Positions 1 to 11,869 of a stretch of 41,180 nt of DNA are shown here, piece by piece. This DNA is from Bipalium vagum. Its lineage: Eukaryota. The first letter of the stretch is position 1. Each line of letters begins with the position of its first letter. The notes under the pieces are model-generated. The model saw nothing but the letters and a program-made list of their open reading frames with translations. It did no database searches and was not told the DNA's origin. The stretch covers positions 1-41,180 of the forward strand of contig JBBMKC010000008.1 of the NCBI GenBank assembly GCA_037834085.1, given 5' to 3'. Position numbers and translations under genes: made by a program.

Positions 1-247
1 AAAAATATATGTAAATATTTCTACGTTTTTCATAATAAATTCTATATGGCTAACACTTTTGAGCATGAGTATATTTAAATTAAAATTATATTATCATAAT
101 TTTATTTATTTCATATTCTAGTCAATAGCCATGAATAAATGATGCTATATCTTTATAAGACAGATATACCAACATTGGAAGCAATAATAATAATAATAAA
201 TAAATAAAGTTGGTAGAGGAGATAAAATAGCTAAAAATAAAAACATT

Positions 248-287
248 CGGGATCTTCACATGCGCATGGACTGTTCTGACCGCTGAG
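248..287 (-). mobile_element. Fragment of tRNA-Ala-derived SINE head (copy 1)
   Basis: Reverse complement CTCAGCGGTCAGAACAGTCCATGCGCATGTGAAGATCCCG matches 37865-37901 with 3 mismatches; resembles the D-arm/anticodon arm of tRNA-Ala. Confidence 0.65.
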
Positions 288-299
288 AAAATTCAAATT

Positions 300-1125
300 T
301 CTAAGATATTGCATTCAAAGACAAATATAAAAAATTTCAAGTAAACCAGAAACCCAAGGATAATCGAGCTGCAAAAAGATATTTGTCCAAAGTGCCGAAA
401 ATTCTTCACTAAATATCATCATCGGTATGTCTTAATGGATGACGAAAGCTAATTACCTTGAAAAATAGCACACTTGAAGGTGCTTCTGATCGCTATATAT
501 TTGCAAAAAATGTGAGATCTAAACTAGTCGAAAATTTTTAGAATAAACTCTTAGTCTCGATATTCATAAGTCCTCCTTATATTAGGAAAAAAAACCAAAC
601 AAACCCCTACCTAGAAATATTGAAAAAATCTCATACCACAAATCCAAATACTTAAAAACAAACAGAAATTTAATCCTTTGTCCAGATCTAAAAAATCACA
701 TTACGCCAAATCAGTTTTATGGTTTTTAAGAACAAAAAATATCAATTTAGTCATAGGAAATTGATTCCTGCCAAAAGTTGGACCAATTGAAAATATCTGA
801 GGAGATTTTAAGCGCCTTGTATATGCTGATAATTGGATAGCAAAATATTTTTTACATATTATAAATATAGTATTGTGTTGAAAAAATTCCATTATTCTTT
901 TCCTATTTTTATGGTAGTTTTCTGGATGTTGAATGATGCTGGAAGTGTCGAAGTTTACTTAAAGATACTCAAAAAGAATAAATAATATTTTATAATTATA
1001 ATTTGAAGATTAATCAACCATTAGTTTTTTTATTATGATAACATTTGTTTTTTGATAAATTAATAACAAATAATTTTGGCTTAATGTTCGGTTCCAGTGT
1101 TTTTCAACATTGACAGGTTTAACTG
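300..1125 (+). mobile_element. Degenerate DD37E (ITmD37E-like) Tc1/mariner-superfamily transposon relic
   Basis: Broken frames give VLMDDES (~430-450), ILCPDL..HYAKSVL (~675-720) and PIENI*GDFKRLVYADNWIAK (~783-845), matching the IMDDE / FWPDLAxxHY / RPIExxW motifs of DD37E transposases; possible end ...AACTG|TA at 1125. Boundaries approximate. Confidence 0.7.
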
Positions 1126-1446
1126 TATTACTATATACATAAAAATATTAATATGATTTGATGGAAACAAATCATAAACATTTTGGAATAAAATATGTAT
1201 TCTTCATGCCTTTTTACTCCAATCAAAAAATTTATCCAGAAACCAATTAAAAAAACGGATAACATGGGTATTTTATCTTAACTTGTAACCAAATTAACAT
1301 CTCTGGTATTTAATAAATACATTTTTTTGCTATTTAAATTTTTTATATTACACCTACAGAATCATACATTTTAAACACTGTTTTGTTGGTTTTTACTTTA
1401 CAGTACAAAATATTTAATAATAAAATTTCAAGGAAACAAATTATAT

Positions 1447-2613
1447 TTAATCTTCATCAACCCTCCTTTTCTTTTCCACGGGCTCAAATCTTTTATTTTT
1501 CTTATTCGGCTTATATTTCAAATGGAACAGACCGCTTTCAAGTTCTTTATCAATTTTTGATTCCATGTGAGGTTCTGCAAATGGTGTATATTCGCCTTTC
1601 ACGTTAACCTAAATATTTTACGATAACACAAGCCAAGATAGAAATTTTAAAATATTACCTTATGAGGAACCTTGCGCTTAACATTCTTCTTTTTAGGAAT
1701 GGGAGGAAGAAAATTAGTCCAATCTTTGTCACGCATTTCCGGCAACACAGCCAGTTTATTCATTATTTGATATCTTTTCAATTGATATACCGGATGGATA
1801 TTTTTTTCAAAACATTCTGTGACAAGCTTTCTGACTTTTTGCAGATTATTGAACGGGCCTATAGCGGCTACTGATTTTCCTGATACGAAAATTTTGCAAT
1901 CCAGAACTTCCTTGATAAGTTCTTTGATTTCGTCATTATCAATTCTTGATCGGCGCTTTATGAACGTGTCTTGCTTTCGATGACCAATTGAAATAATATC
2001 TTCGTAGGTGTCTTCATCAAGCAAAGTAAGAGATTCTTCGACTGGCACATATCTAGCCAAGGCTTTTACCACACTGCTCGCTTTCAGGAGAATGAAAGGA
2101 TCAAACGTTTTTGGTGTCGTCTTTACAATTAATTCACCATCCAACCGATTCATCTCAGCTTTGATATACTGAATTATCAAAAAATTCACGTTAAAAGCTT
2201 TCTTATCAAAAATATTTTATAATCTTACATGTTCTTGTAGAGCCTTTTTTACAATTGGAAAAACCTCCTTGAGATATTCATCCAATGCCTTTGGATACAA
2301 CACGACGAATTCACTCGATGCAAACAATCTTTTATTGGGATTATCTTCAATCTTAAAAGGTTCCGGTTTCCAATTTTCTGGAATATCTACCTTTTCTGAA
2401 TCTTTCAAAAAAACAATTAAACAAATTATTATTTCAAAAAGTATTTTTACCATCAATATTATCACTTTTCACATTTTTCAGTTTACCAGTGAATTGATTT
2501 TTTTCTTTATCTAACAACAAAAATGTTCATATCGTTCTTTAAAAATTTAATATTTTACTTTGATTTTCTGAGCCTTTGAATGGTACCCAACCTTTAACTG
2601 ATGGAAAATTCAT
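1447..2613 (-). CDS. KRR1: KRR1 small-subunit processome component (KH-domain ribosome assembly factor), 5 exons, ~319 aa
   Basis: Exons (minus): 2613-2559, 2510-2451, 2401-2229, 2168-1659, 1608-1447; all introns GT-AG, 48-60 bp, frame-consistent (960 nt, TAA stop). KRR1-typical motifs WKPEPFKIEDNP, VKTTPKTFDPFILLKA, AIGPF, NIHPVY, WTNFLP, EYTPFAEPHMESKIDKELESG. Exons 1-2 are less certain than exons 3-5. Confidence 0.92.
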
Positions 2614-2985
2614 TTTATTAAAATTATGGGTTATTAAAACAAATTATTTATTTATTGATCAAATATATTTTTACATATAATTAATTTTACATATATTGTA
2701 TATTAAATCAATAATTTATTAAAATATTAATTTCAATCAATTAAAATTTAAAATTGATTTCTTTTTTTTTAAAAAAATTATTTCTGTATTGATGATTAAT
2801 TCATCTCTATCATCAATACAGAAATAGTTCGATGGGTGCATCTGTTTTTCTGCAATAACCATATAGCACACGATCTGATCCTTCAATTATATCACTTGGT
2901 TGTCGAAATCATCTCCACACTTCCTAATTTCGGATTCTTTTTCTTTTTTTCATTAGGGATATTTCTATTATTAAGACCGACTTTA
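2614..2985. promoter_or_regulatory. Probable bidirectional promoter/5'UTR region between KRR1 and the F-box/LRR gene
   Basis: 372 bp between divergent ATGs (2613 minus, 2986 plus); depends on the exon-1 assignment of the F-box gene. Confidence 0.45.
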
Positions 2986-3030
2986 ATGGTGAATGGATAT
3001 ACTCAAAATGAAAATGTAGGAAACCGTTTG
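2986..3030 (+). CDS. Probable first coding exon (MVNGYTQNENVGNRL) of the FipoQ-like F-box/LRR gene
   Basis: ATG at 2986, 15 codons, strong donor TTG|GTATGT at 3031 in phase 0, matching the phase-0 acceptor at 13445 whose exon has no ATG before the F-box. Confidence 0.55.
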
Positions 3031-4377
3031 GTATGTGTTTTGATAGTTGTAATAATTAACAAGTAACTTTTAAAATTCCCAATCATTGTTTTAAAAAATA
3101 TTAATTAATTTATTTTTAATTAAAAAAAATATTTTTTGAAAAATATTAATGATTTATATTGATTTTGATATAACAATTTTTTAAATTAAAGTCTTTTATT
3201 TTAATTTTTTTAAAATAATTAAATAATAAATGCTGAAATTATAAAATTGAAATAGTATTTTAAAACAAAAATTGAAAATTTTCATTATTGATTAAATTGA
3301 TTTTTAATTATTATTAATATGTTTTGATAATTTTTGTAGTGCATTCTGAGAACGTATTTAATAAATAAATTTCGTTTTAATAAAAACATTTGGAGCAATC
3401 CACCTATTCCTCATCAGTTCGAAAACTTTTGCCATTACTGTTAATTTAAAAGATCTAATTTTTTCATTTCAGAAAATTAAAAATATTAAAAAAAATTTTA
3501 CAATTAAATTTTAATAAAAATAAAATATCTTCCTTTCAAGTGATTATTAAGTATTTAATTATCAAAAGAAAACTGTTACATATTCGCCAAACACACATTT
3601 TTTACAAAAATTTTGCATGCAGGTTAATTTTCCTTAAAAATTAAACATCGATAATTAATTTTTTAAAAATAAATTTTTCACAATTTTTAAGTTATGAAAT
3701 CTTTAATATTTCGGTGCTGACATTACATTTGATAAAGTTTATTAAAAGTGACTTACATTTTTTAAATTAAATACATTTTAATTAATTAAAAATTTAATTA
3801 ATAATAAAAAAAATACCAATTTTTCCAATGAATATTTTTATTATCGCTAATTTTAAATGAAAATAAAAAAGATCTTTTAATGTCAGCTGTAAAACATGCT
3901 GCTGGATTTTAAAATTAACCGTTAATTATTATTTTGGTTCTGTTTTTATCTAAGGTCGTTGTTGTGTTTTGAACATTTTGAAAGAAAGGAAATAGTTCTC
4001 GTGTATTTTTAATATATTACAGCAAATAATAACCGACCGCATAACCATGTACTAATAAAATCAGTCATTGGAAAACAGGTTGGACCATTATATGCAACCA
4101 AACAGATTCGCCAAACTATCCTCAACATTTTATCATCTCTTCTGATTTCTGTTGAACATTATGTTTTGAATTTCTTTTACAGACAACGTTTATCTGCAAG
4201 TTTACCAAATTATTTTCCTCCAAAACTGTCAATGTGAGAAAGTTGAACAACGCATGACAGTGTTCATATATTAACGCCGGTTTTTTATTATTTTAAATAT
4301 ACACACATTTTTACGGGCATTTTCATATGTAAAATATCAAAATTCTATTCTATTAATAACAGACAGCAATTTTGTAT

Positions 4378-5370
4378 AGGCACAATGTTACACTAGTTTC
4401 ACTTATTGAATTCTACTTTTGAACTGTGGAACAAAAATTTATTTCCCACTACAAATTCGTCAATATATTCTGCTAATTACATAAATAAAACTAAATTTTC
4501 AAATTAAGAAACAATTTATAAGTTTAGAGCACACCAGAAGTTTTTGGAAATTATTTACGATATATTGAATTTAATGTAGACATATACCTGAAACTTATTG
4601 AACTTAAAAAAACCACAAGAATTAGACCAGATCTAATAACTTGTGATACTATTAATAAGAAGATCAACTTACTCGACATGAATGTGCTATACGATATGGA
4701 GATTNNNNNNNNNNNNNNNNNNNNNNNNNNNNNNNNNNNNNNNNNNNNNNNNNNNNNNNNNNNNNNNNNNNNNNNNNNNNNNNNNNNNNNNNNNNNNNNN
4801 NNNNCAGATCTAATAACTTGTGATACTATTAATAAGAAGATCAACTTACTCGACATGAATGTGCTATACGATATGGAGATTAACTTTAAAAACCTGAGAG
4901 ATAAAAATTATATGAAATATATAGATCTAAGCTTACAATTAAATCGAACCACCATATCCCAGACGTCGTTATATACAATCGTTGTTGGTTGCCTCGGCTC
5001 ATTGGTCCCAAAGAACGACGCAGCACTTAAGAAAATAGGTCTACCTAGAAATCAAATTAATGCTTTATCTAATCTATTAATTAATAAAGAAATCCACGAG
5101 TCATATAATTTATACTTACGCCACGTTTACAAGGAAAATAGAACTGATTTTGAATTACTGAAAATTTAAAATTAAACTAATTTAATGATTATTAATAACT
5201 ATTTCTTGTTCACACCATTTCCTTTGTATGTAAGTCTCTCTATTTCGTTCTTTTTTCTCAAATTATCCCTATAATTATCTACGCTTATTAAATCTGCAAT
5301 CCTTATTATCTATTATTATACTCTCTGTCTTACTCCTCTTTTCTTCTTACTTCTTCGCTGTCTTCTCTCA
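4378..5370 (+). mobile_element. 3' end of a non-LTR retrotransposon with restriction-like endonuclease (R2/R4/NeSL/CRE-type), degenerate
   Basis: In one frame (after collapsing the gap overlap): RHN (4378), RPDLI (4624), LLDMNVLYD, KNYMKY, IVVGCLG, stop at 5169, then a pyrimidine-rich tail. In-frame stops between RHN and RPD. Confidence 0.75.
4705..4804. other. Assembly gap (100 N) flanked by an exact 77-nt duplication
   Basis: 4628-4704 is identical to 4805-4881. Confidence 0.95.
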
Positions 5371-5689
5371 TTTAATGATTTTTCAGGGAATATTAGAAAA
5401 TGAGCGGAGATGGAAAATCAATTCAAATAAAAGTATCAAAACTACAAAAAACTCAAGAGGAAGATGGTGCAAAGCACATCACCTCGAAAGAACCTCGTTT
5501 TTACTAAATAGTTTTTTGCGCATGTATACGATTAAATTTACACCTAAATTTCCTCATACTTAGTTTATTTTATGGAAAAAATAGAGTTAAATTAAACAAT
5601 CAATGACTGGTTTTTTATTGATTGTTTCTTGGATAATTAGCTAATTAAATAATTTAATAATAGTTAAATAATTTTGATCAGAAAACTTT

Positions 5690-6016
5690 TGTTTCGGCCT
5701 CCGCTTCTTCTTTTCTCTTCCACTATTCTTGAAATAATATCGATGGAACTCTGATGCCTTTCGAGTTTATCTCCTATCCATCTGAATGACAAACAAATAC
5801 CTTTCTAAGCTTCAATCATAACTTTCTTCTTTTCTGTTATCCTGTTACTTATTGACATTTTCTGATATCTAAATGAAAAATTATATTTTATATTTTTAAA
5901 ATTTTCATAAACCAGATGTACTAGTATCAAAAATTCAATATTCCTATAAATAATGATTATTTTAAAAAATTTAATAGACCTGTGTGACCTTGTATTGTCT
6001 TAATAAAATATCACTG
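5690..6016 (-). mobile_element. Tc1/Tc3-like transposase N-terminal relic
   Basis: Minus strand MSISNRITEKKKVMIEA*KGICLSFRWIGDKLERHQSSID..RRSGGR resembles the paired HTH and GRP linker; TA|CAGTG end-like motif at ~6016. Confidence 0.45.
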
Positions 6017-6275
6017 TATTTCTATTGGTTAAACTTTTCTTAAGTGTACAGTAATTTTCAGAATTTATTTTTTGGTTGCTTGGCAGAGGTTCATGATCAA
6101 TTATTTTAGAGCAATTCCACCAGGCACATGATATTACCTTCTTTTGATGTAAAAGAAAGAAATTATGTTACAATCAATTATGTTAAATTTTTTATTTCAA
6201 AATAATTGATCTTAATTTTAAAAAATTGAAACTTTAATAATTAAAAATTGGATTTATACATATTATATAATAATG

Positions 6276-6530
6276 CAGTACCTGGCCACTGAAATAGGCT
6301 CAAACAAAAAATATCGATTTTTTAATCGTAAGAAATTAAACCGATTTAATGAAAATCGTTTTGTAAAAGTTAATTGTTATTTACCTTTGACCTAAGTGTG
6401 TCTCCGTAGTGTTTGTATTCCAGTCCCCAAGCTAGTCTCTTCTTTATCATGGCCGGTGTTAACTTATGCTTTATGGTTGGGCGACTGTTTGTAAAATAAT
6501 ACTTGAGTCTATTTCAATGGCCAAGTACTG
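6276..6530 (-). mobile_element. 255-bp Tc1 internal-deletion derivative (MITE-like)
   Basis: 28-bp TIRs CAGTAC(C/T)TGGCCA(C/T)TGAAATAG(G/A)CTCAA at 6276-6303 and 6503-6530; internal minus-strand remnant SRPTIKHKLTPAMIKKRLAWGLEYKH typical of Tc1 transposase. Confidence 0.88.
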
Positions 6531-7119
6531 TGATAATACTACTACTACTACTAATAAAATCAATCAATTAAGAATTAAACCATTGAGAGTAATATCAATA
6601 AATAAGACATAATTAATATACATGAATGACAACGATAAGCAAAATAAATAATAATTGTTAGATAAACTTAATTTAATTTTATCTTAAGCCTTATGTATTT
6701 TTAAGTTTCAACTTTCACAATTTACACCGGTTCTTTTATTTCTCAGAAAAATAATTTTTTTTAACATGATCTAATATAGTTTCAATTTTTATTTATTTTT
6801 AAAGTGTCTCACAAGATAAAAACTATGTATTTAACAATTTCTTCCTTTTTGATATTAATCCTTTCAAGAAAATTTAATTAAAATTAATAATCTGACGAGT
6901 TTCGTAAGATTATGCTAACTACATTTATTATTAAAACAATTCTTTTAATAATACAATGAAACATTTGTATATTATTTTTTTTCTATTTTCATTTTCTGAA
7001 TTTTTTAAAGAATATTCTAAAGAAAATTATTTTTACAATTAAATTTTTCTACCTCTAGTTTTATTTATTGAATAATTTAATTAGCATTACTTTTTGTTTA
7101 AATTAAGTCTTATTAATAA

Positions 7120-7420
7120 TGCAATTTTATCGATTTTTTCCACAAATTTTCAGCAGAGTGAATATTGCATTAATTATCAAAATAATCATAAATTCCAAGC
7201 GAACGGAGCTATTTCAGTTCCAGAATGTTGAGGGAAAAGGAAAATATATGGAATTGATATGGTATATTGTAAACAAATCACACGAATAAAACGATATAGT
7301 CACATCCCAACATGTTTTTCTCAATATATATAATTTGGATATTCGAAGCATAGATAAAAATCCAATAATATTTCTCCATTTGGTGAAAACACATTCAGTT
7401 AATCTCACGCAACATTTCCA
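7120..7420 (-). mobile_element. Possible Mutator-like (MULE) transposase relic
   Basis: Weak DGTF-like segment (WDVTISFYSCDLFTIYH..IYFP) followed by CxxH-like CNIHSAENLWKK; heavily decayed. Confidence 0.3.
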
Positions 7421-8363
7421 GTTGTACTTTTCCCTGTATAAATGTCAATAAATTACCATAGATTGGAGGAAAAAATTCCCAATCGTTCTCTATATAAGTC
7501 AATATAAAAAGAAAAAAAATAATTTCACTCGTCAATTTTCTTTCATCAGTCAATGTCCATATCATACACGGACCGTTCAAGTGTTATTTCCAAAGACTTG
7601 TCAAGTCAGTAGAAATGCAAAATAATTTTTACAATGTAGCAAGTAATGCTAGGAGATGTTCGGTATTTATAAGGAATTCTATTCTTCCCTCAGATGTAAG
7701 TATTTTGGTATTATGAAGGGTTGAAAGTTGAAAAGACAAAAATCAAAGTTGAAACCAAACCATTCACAAACCTTGGAGATTCTTTTTCCCTAGCAAAATT
7801 GAGAAAAATTATCATTATTTCAATTATTAAAATTGCAGATTTATTAAGAAGACTGGGAATTTTATTTTGAGAGAAAAATCCATATTCCTTTGAGATATAT
7901 TTTATAATGTTTAAATGCTCTCATCATTATCATCATGGAATTATTCTTATTAATTCTTTTTCATTATAAGGAAATAAAAATCAAAAGAATCTAACAATTA
8001 AATATCACATATTCAACTCAAAGATTATTCTGAGCTGATGTGAAATGATTATTTTTTTCGGACTTGGCCCAAAAAGTATAAATATAATGATAAAATTGAT
8101 TGCATAAATATTGGTATAAAATTAATCTCCTGCAATACTTCTCTGAAAATCTTTGAAGATATATAGAAATAAGGCGACATTTGTCAAGAATTCTGCTATC
8201 TTTACTAAATATTTATTTATTTTCTTAATAGCATTTTTTCATCAATATTTGCAGCTATATTTTTAAGCTAAATTTTCATTTTTAGAATAGAAGGATTTTA
8301 AGATTTAATCTTCTGATATCCATTTTTAAAAAGCTATCATCTAGATTTTAAAAGTTAACAAAA

Positions 8364-8463
8364 NNNNNNNNNNNNNNNNNNNNNNNNNNNNNNNNNNNNN
8401 NNNNNNNNNNNNNNNNNNNNNNNNNNNNNNNNNNNNNNNNNNNNNNNNNNNNNNNNNNNNNNN
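8364..8463. other. Assembly gap (100 N) flanked by an exact 77-nt duplication
   Basis: 8287-8363 is identical to 8464-8540. Confidence 0.95.
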
Positions 8464-8779
8464 ATAGAAGGATTTTAAGATTTAATCTTCTGATATCCAT
8501 TTTTAAAAAGCTATCATCTAGATTTTAAAAGTTAACAAAATAAATGTTTTTCAATATAAAATCACAAATCATTGATTATATTAATTTTTTATGCCAGTTA
8601 AATAAGAGTATCGAATTAATCGTTTAATTAAAATATTTAAAATTGTCTTTCAAGTATGAAGAGAATTCGGGATAAATTTGACAGTCTCATCAAGAAAAAA
8701 CTAAATTGCTTGGTAACTAAACAATGTTATATATTTTAAAGAAATACATCACACAAGTAAATTACGCTATTGTCAAACA

Positions 8780-9160
8780 GTTTTATTCAAACAACCATTG
8801 GTATCTTTTACAGCCTCAATCCGGCCTCAGAACCTAGAGTATACTTATTTTACACTTTTACTGAGAGGTGTCTTAAAAATTGCTTTAAGTATGTCGACTA
8901 ACTAATCTTTTTAAACACAGACACGACGATTGGTGTTTTTCTCCACAGCACCTACGTAATAGTCCATCTGGTTAAGATTTAGAGAGTTCGAAAGCCAAAG
9001 ATTGAGACCGATAAAGTCGTGAAAATTGGATGATAACCATTTCAAACTTTTCCCTGGGGTGTGACGGAGGCAGAATCCTGATGCCATATGTATGATCTAT
9101 CATTGATAACCTTTGTTATCCAGGCCTTAATCACAGTGCTTGAAAAATAAAACCCTGTCC
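8780..9160 (-). mobile_element. maT/DD37D transposase C-terminal relic
   Basis: Minus strand YIWHQDSAS(fs)HTPGKSLKWLSSNFHDFIGLNLWLSNSLNLNQMDYYVGAVEKNTN...RF*GRIEAVKDTNG; 37 residues between second and third D after repairing a 1-nt deletion. Confidence 0.8.
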
Positions 9161-10539
9161 CTAAGTAACTCTACAAGTTTCACTTACATTTCAAGTTTTC
9201 TTGCTCAAATTTAAAGTTTATTGCTCTTTTGATGTCCTTACAATAATTTTTGAAAATAAAGTCACTTCAAAAATGATCTACTTGTTCTTGGGAATTCTTT
9301 TTCTGCTAACTCGTTTTCTGATTATTCAAACAATTTGAAATAACTTTTATAAATCAAATAAATATTTATCAACATGTTACCGAATATATAACTTACGAAA
9401 AAAGATCGATTTATGTCACACGAAATAGATACAAAATTTTAACAGTTATTTATCAAAAATCAATTATTCTTTCGTAACATGTTAATTTTTAATCACACGG
9501 CACTATAAAAAAACATTACAATTAAAAAAGCTTATAAATATTACTTGTTACTGATAAAATGCTTTATAAGTGTTAATTAATTATAAATAGGGCGGTTTTT
9601 TAAATTTCTTAATTACTTAATCATATCGTGATAAGTTTTATACTATTATTTATGAAATTATTTCCTTTCAGATATAAATATCTATCATAACATTTATCTG
9701 AAAATACTGTTTATTGAATTAAAAATGACAAAAGTTGCAAAGACAAAAGCACATAAATTGAAAAACATTGTACAAAGGTTATTTGACAGTGTTTTCTGTT
9801 GTACTTATTAATAAATATCTTATCTTTTAAAGTTATTTTTATTATGAGTTGGAAAAAGAAGTTATAAAATATGTCTCAAAATTGTACAAAAATAAATTCA
9901 AAATTTAAAGTTTTGGATAAAAAATTTCCCTAATTATAACTTATTGAGCACTTAAATTTTAAAATATGTCAATATATTAATCAATTTTTAATTTAGATAA
10001 ACATTATTTTTTGGGTACATACGAATTGCTATGATTTAAATAATTACCAAAATTTATAACTAACAAACAAAAACTCGCTGAAATATCACAAAATAATCTT
10101 ACAGTGACGTGTAATTATTGAACTCACCGGATAACAGTTTTTTCAAAAAATAAAATTGGATGAAAAGATCTATTTCATTAAGAAATTAGAATGTTTAAAT
10201 AAAAATAAAATATAATGAATTAACCAGATCTATTTGTGGTACATCTTTGTATAATAATAAAATAATAAAAAGGTTTCCTTTTTAAAGAAATCATTTAAAA
10301 AATATTCAAGGTGTTCTAGTTTTAATTTAGCCTTTTCAACCATCAGCGAATCACATCCAACTATAATCATCTGGATTATTTTAAGAAATTTTTATTATTT
10401 GTATTATATTTTTTTCCTTCACTAAATCAATTTTGAATCATGCAAAGCATCAGTTTTTCTGTAATTCTGAAATTTAAATTTGTATGTTTAAAATGCTTAT
10501 CAAACAAAAAGCAATCAAAATAGTTTTACCAACACGCGG

Positions 10540-11150
10540 AGCCCGGTTTCTTCGGTGATATAACCAGACTCTTAATGTTTGCAGCTTGATTCCTAACTTT
10601 CTTAGGACTTGAGAGTAATTCTTGTCAAAAAATTGATAATTCTGAGTATAATGATATAAAATTTTCTCAATGAACCCTTGAAAAATCTTTTAATCAATAT
10701 ATTTGCAATAAACTAATAATATAAGCGTGTGTTGCGATGCTTTTTAAACCTTCTGAACTACAGGAGAATAATGAATCCGGGGTTCCTCTTAAACGGATCA
10801 ATTTGATCTCTTCTCCAAAATTGAGAGGAGAATTTATTATTCCCGAAAACATCTCCAAAATCCTTCCAAAGAAGTTTTATCATCGACTTTGTCAGCCAAT
10901 TGCTAAAATAAATGGCAAATAAAACCAAGTTCCAAATTTTGGACATAAAATAAATATTTGTGATAATTCTTACCAAGCATGTTTTTATTATTAGCGTTTT
11001 TAATATGAACCCTTGAACTTTTTAAAAATTATTATTGTTATCCTTATTATGGTTAAAATTTTTGGCGGATCTTCAAAGTCAACATGGGGTCAGTATTCTT
11101 TATACTTTCTCTTTAAAAACCCAAATAAGCATAAACGCAGCTTATTCTAG
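10540..11150 (-). mobile_element. Possible MULE transposase relic
   Basis: LFGFLKRKYKEY*PHVDFE, KVQGFIL and YFSNWL..LW fragments in the order of MULE xDFE / GCxFH / YFxxxW motifs; many frameshifts. Confidence 0.35.
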
Positions 11151-11869
11151 GTTAATATTTTTTTATTGGTTATAAGAATGTTTATAATATCTAAACTAAT
11201 AATATAATACAGAATATTTTGAGATTATTAAAATAATTGACGAAAGAGGTACATTAGAAGAAACCATTGAATTCTCAAAGAATGTATTTATGATGCACAG
11301 AATAATGAATGATTTAATAAGTTAAATTTGTAAAGGATGTAAAGATAAAGCTCTAAAAACTGAGATTTTAAGTCTCACCACTCTCTTAGATTAAATCAGA
11401 AACCAAACTTAGTCCAAGGATATCAAACTTTCTTTATTTCAAATTGAACACAGAAATTTTCTAGGGAGAGAAACTTAGTTCAACAAAATATTAATGAAAG
11501 TAATCTTTTTTTAAAAATGTATAAAATTATAAGTTACAAAGAAGTACTGAGAAGCACAATGTTACTATGCCGTATTAAGTAACGCTTATCATTGAAATTC
11601 CTCTTAATTCCATTGTGTAACGAAATTTGACTTTCATGTATGATTTAATGAAAAATAATATTTAATCTTAACCAATCGAACTAAGTAAATTAAAGATATT
11701 TCTTTTATTTTATTATTAAAAATTTTAATCGTATTTTAACTTTCTATGTACCGTAATGCCTATTAAGGCAAAATATTTTTTAACTTAAAGAATTTTTTAA
11801 AACTTTATTATTTAAATTTTTAACCTTAAAGTACACAACAAAAGTTGTTTATTGTATTAAAATAGTCCG

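Noticed and set aside
1662-2514. Plus-strand ORFs 1662-1874 and 2269-2514 (likewise 13555-13803 and the small ORFs at 30256-30952)
   Set aside because: Antisense or alternate-frame shadows of real exons; no motifs.
4551-4856. ORF with an apparent internal peptide repeat
   Set aside because: Spans the N gap; the repeat is the 77-nt assembly overlap.
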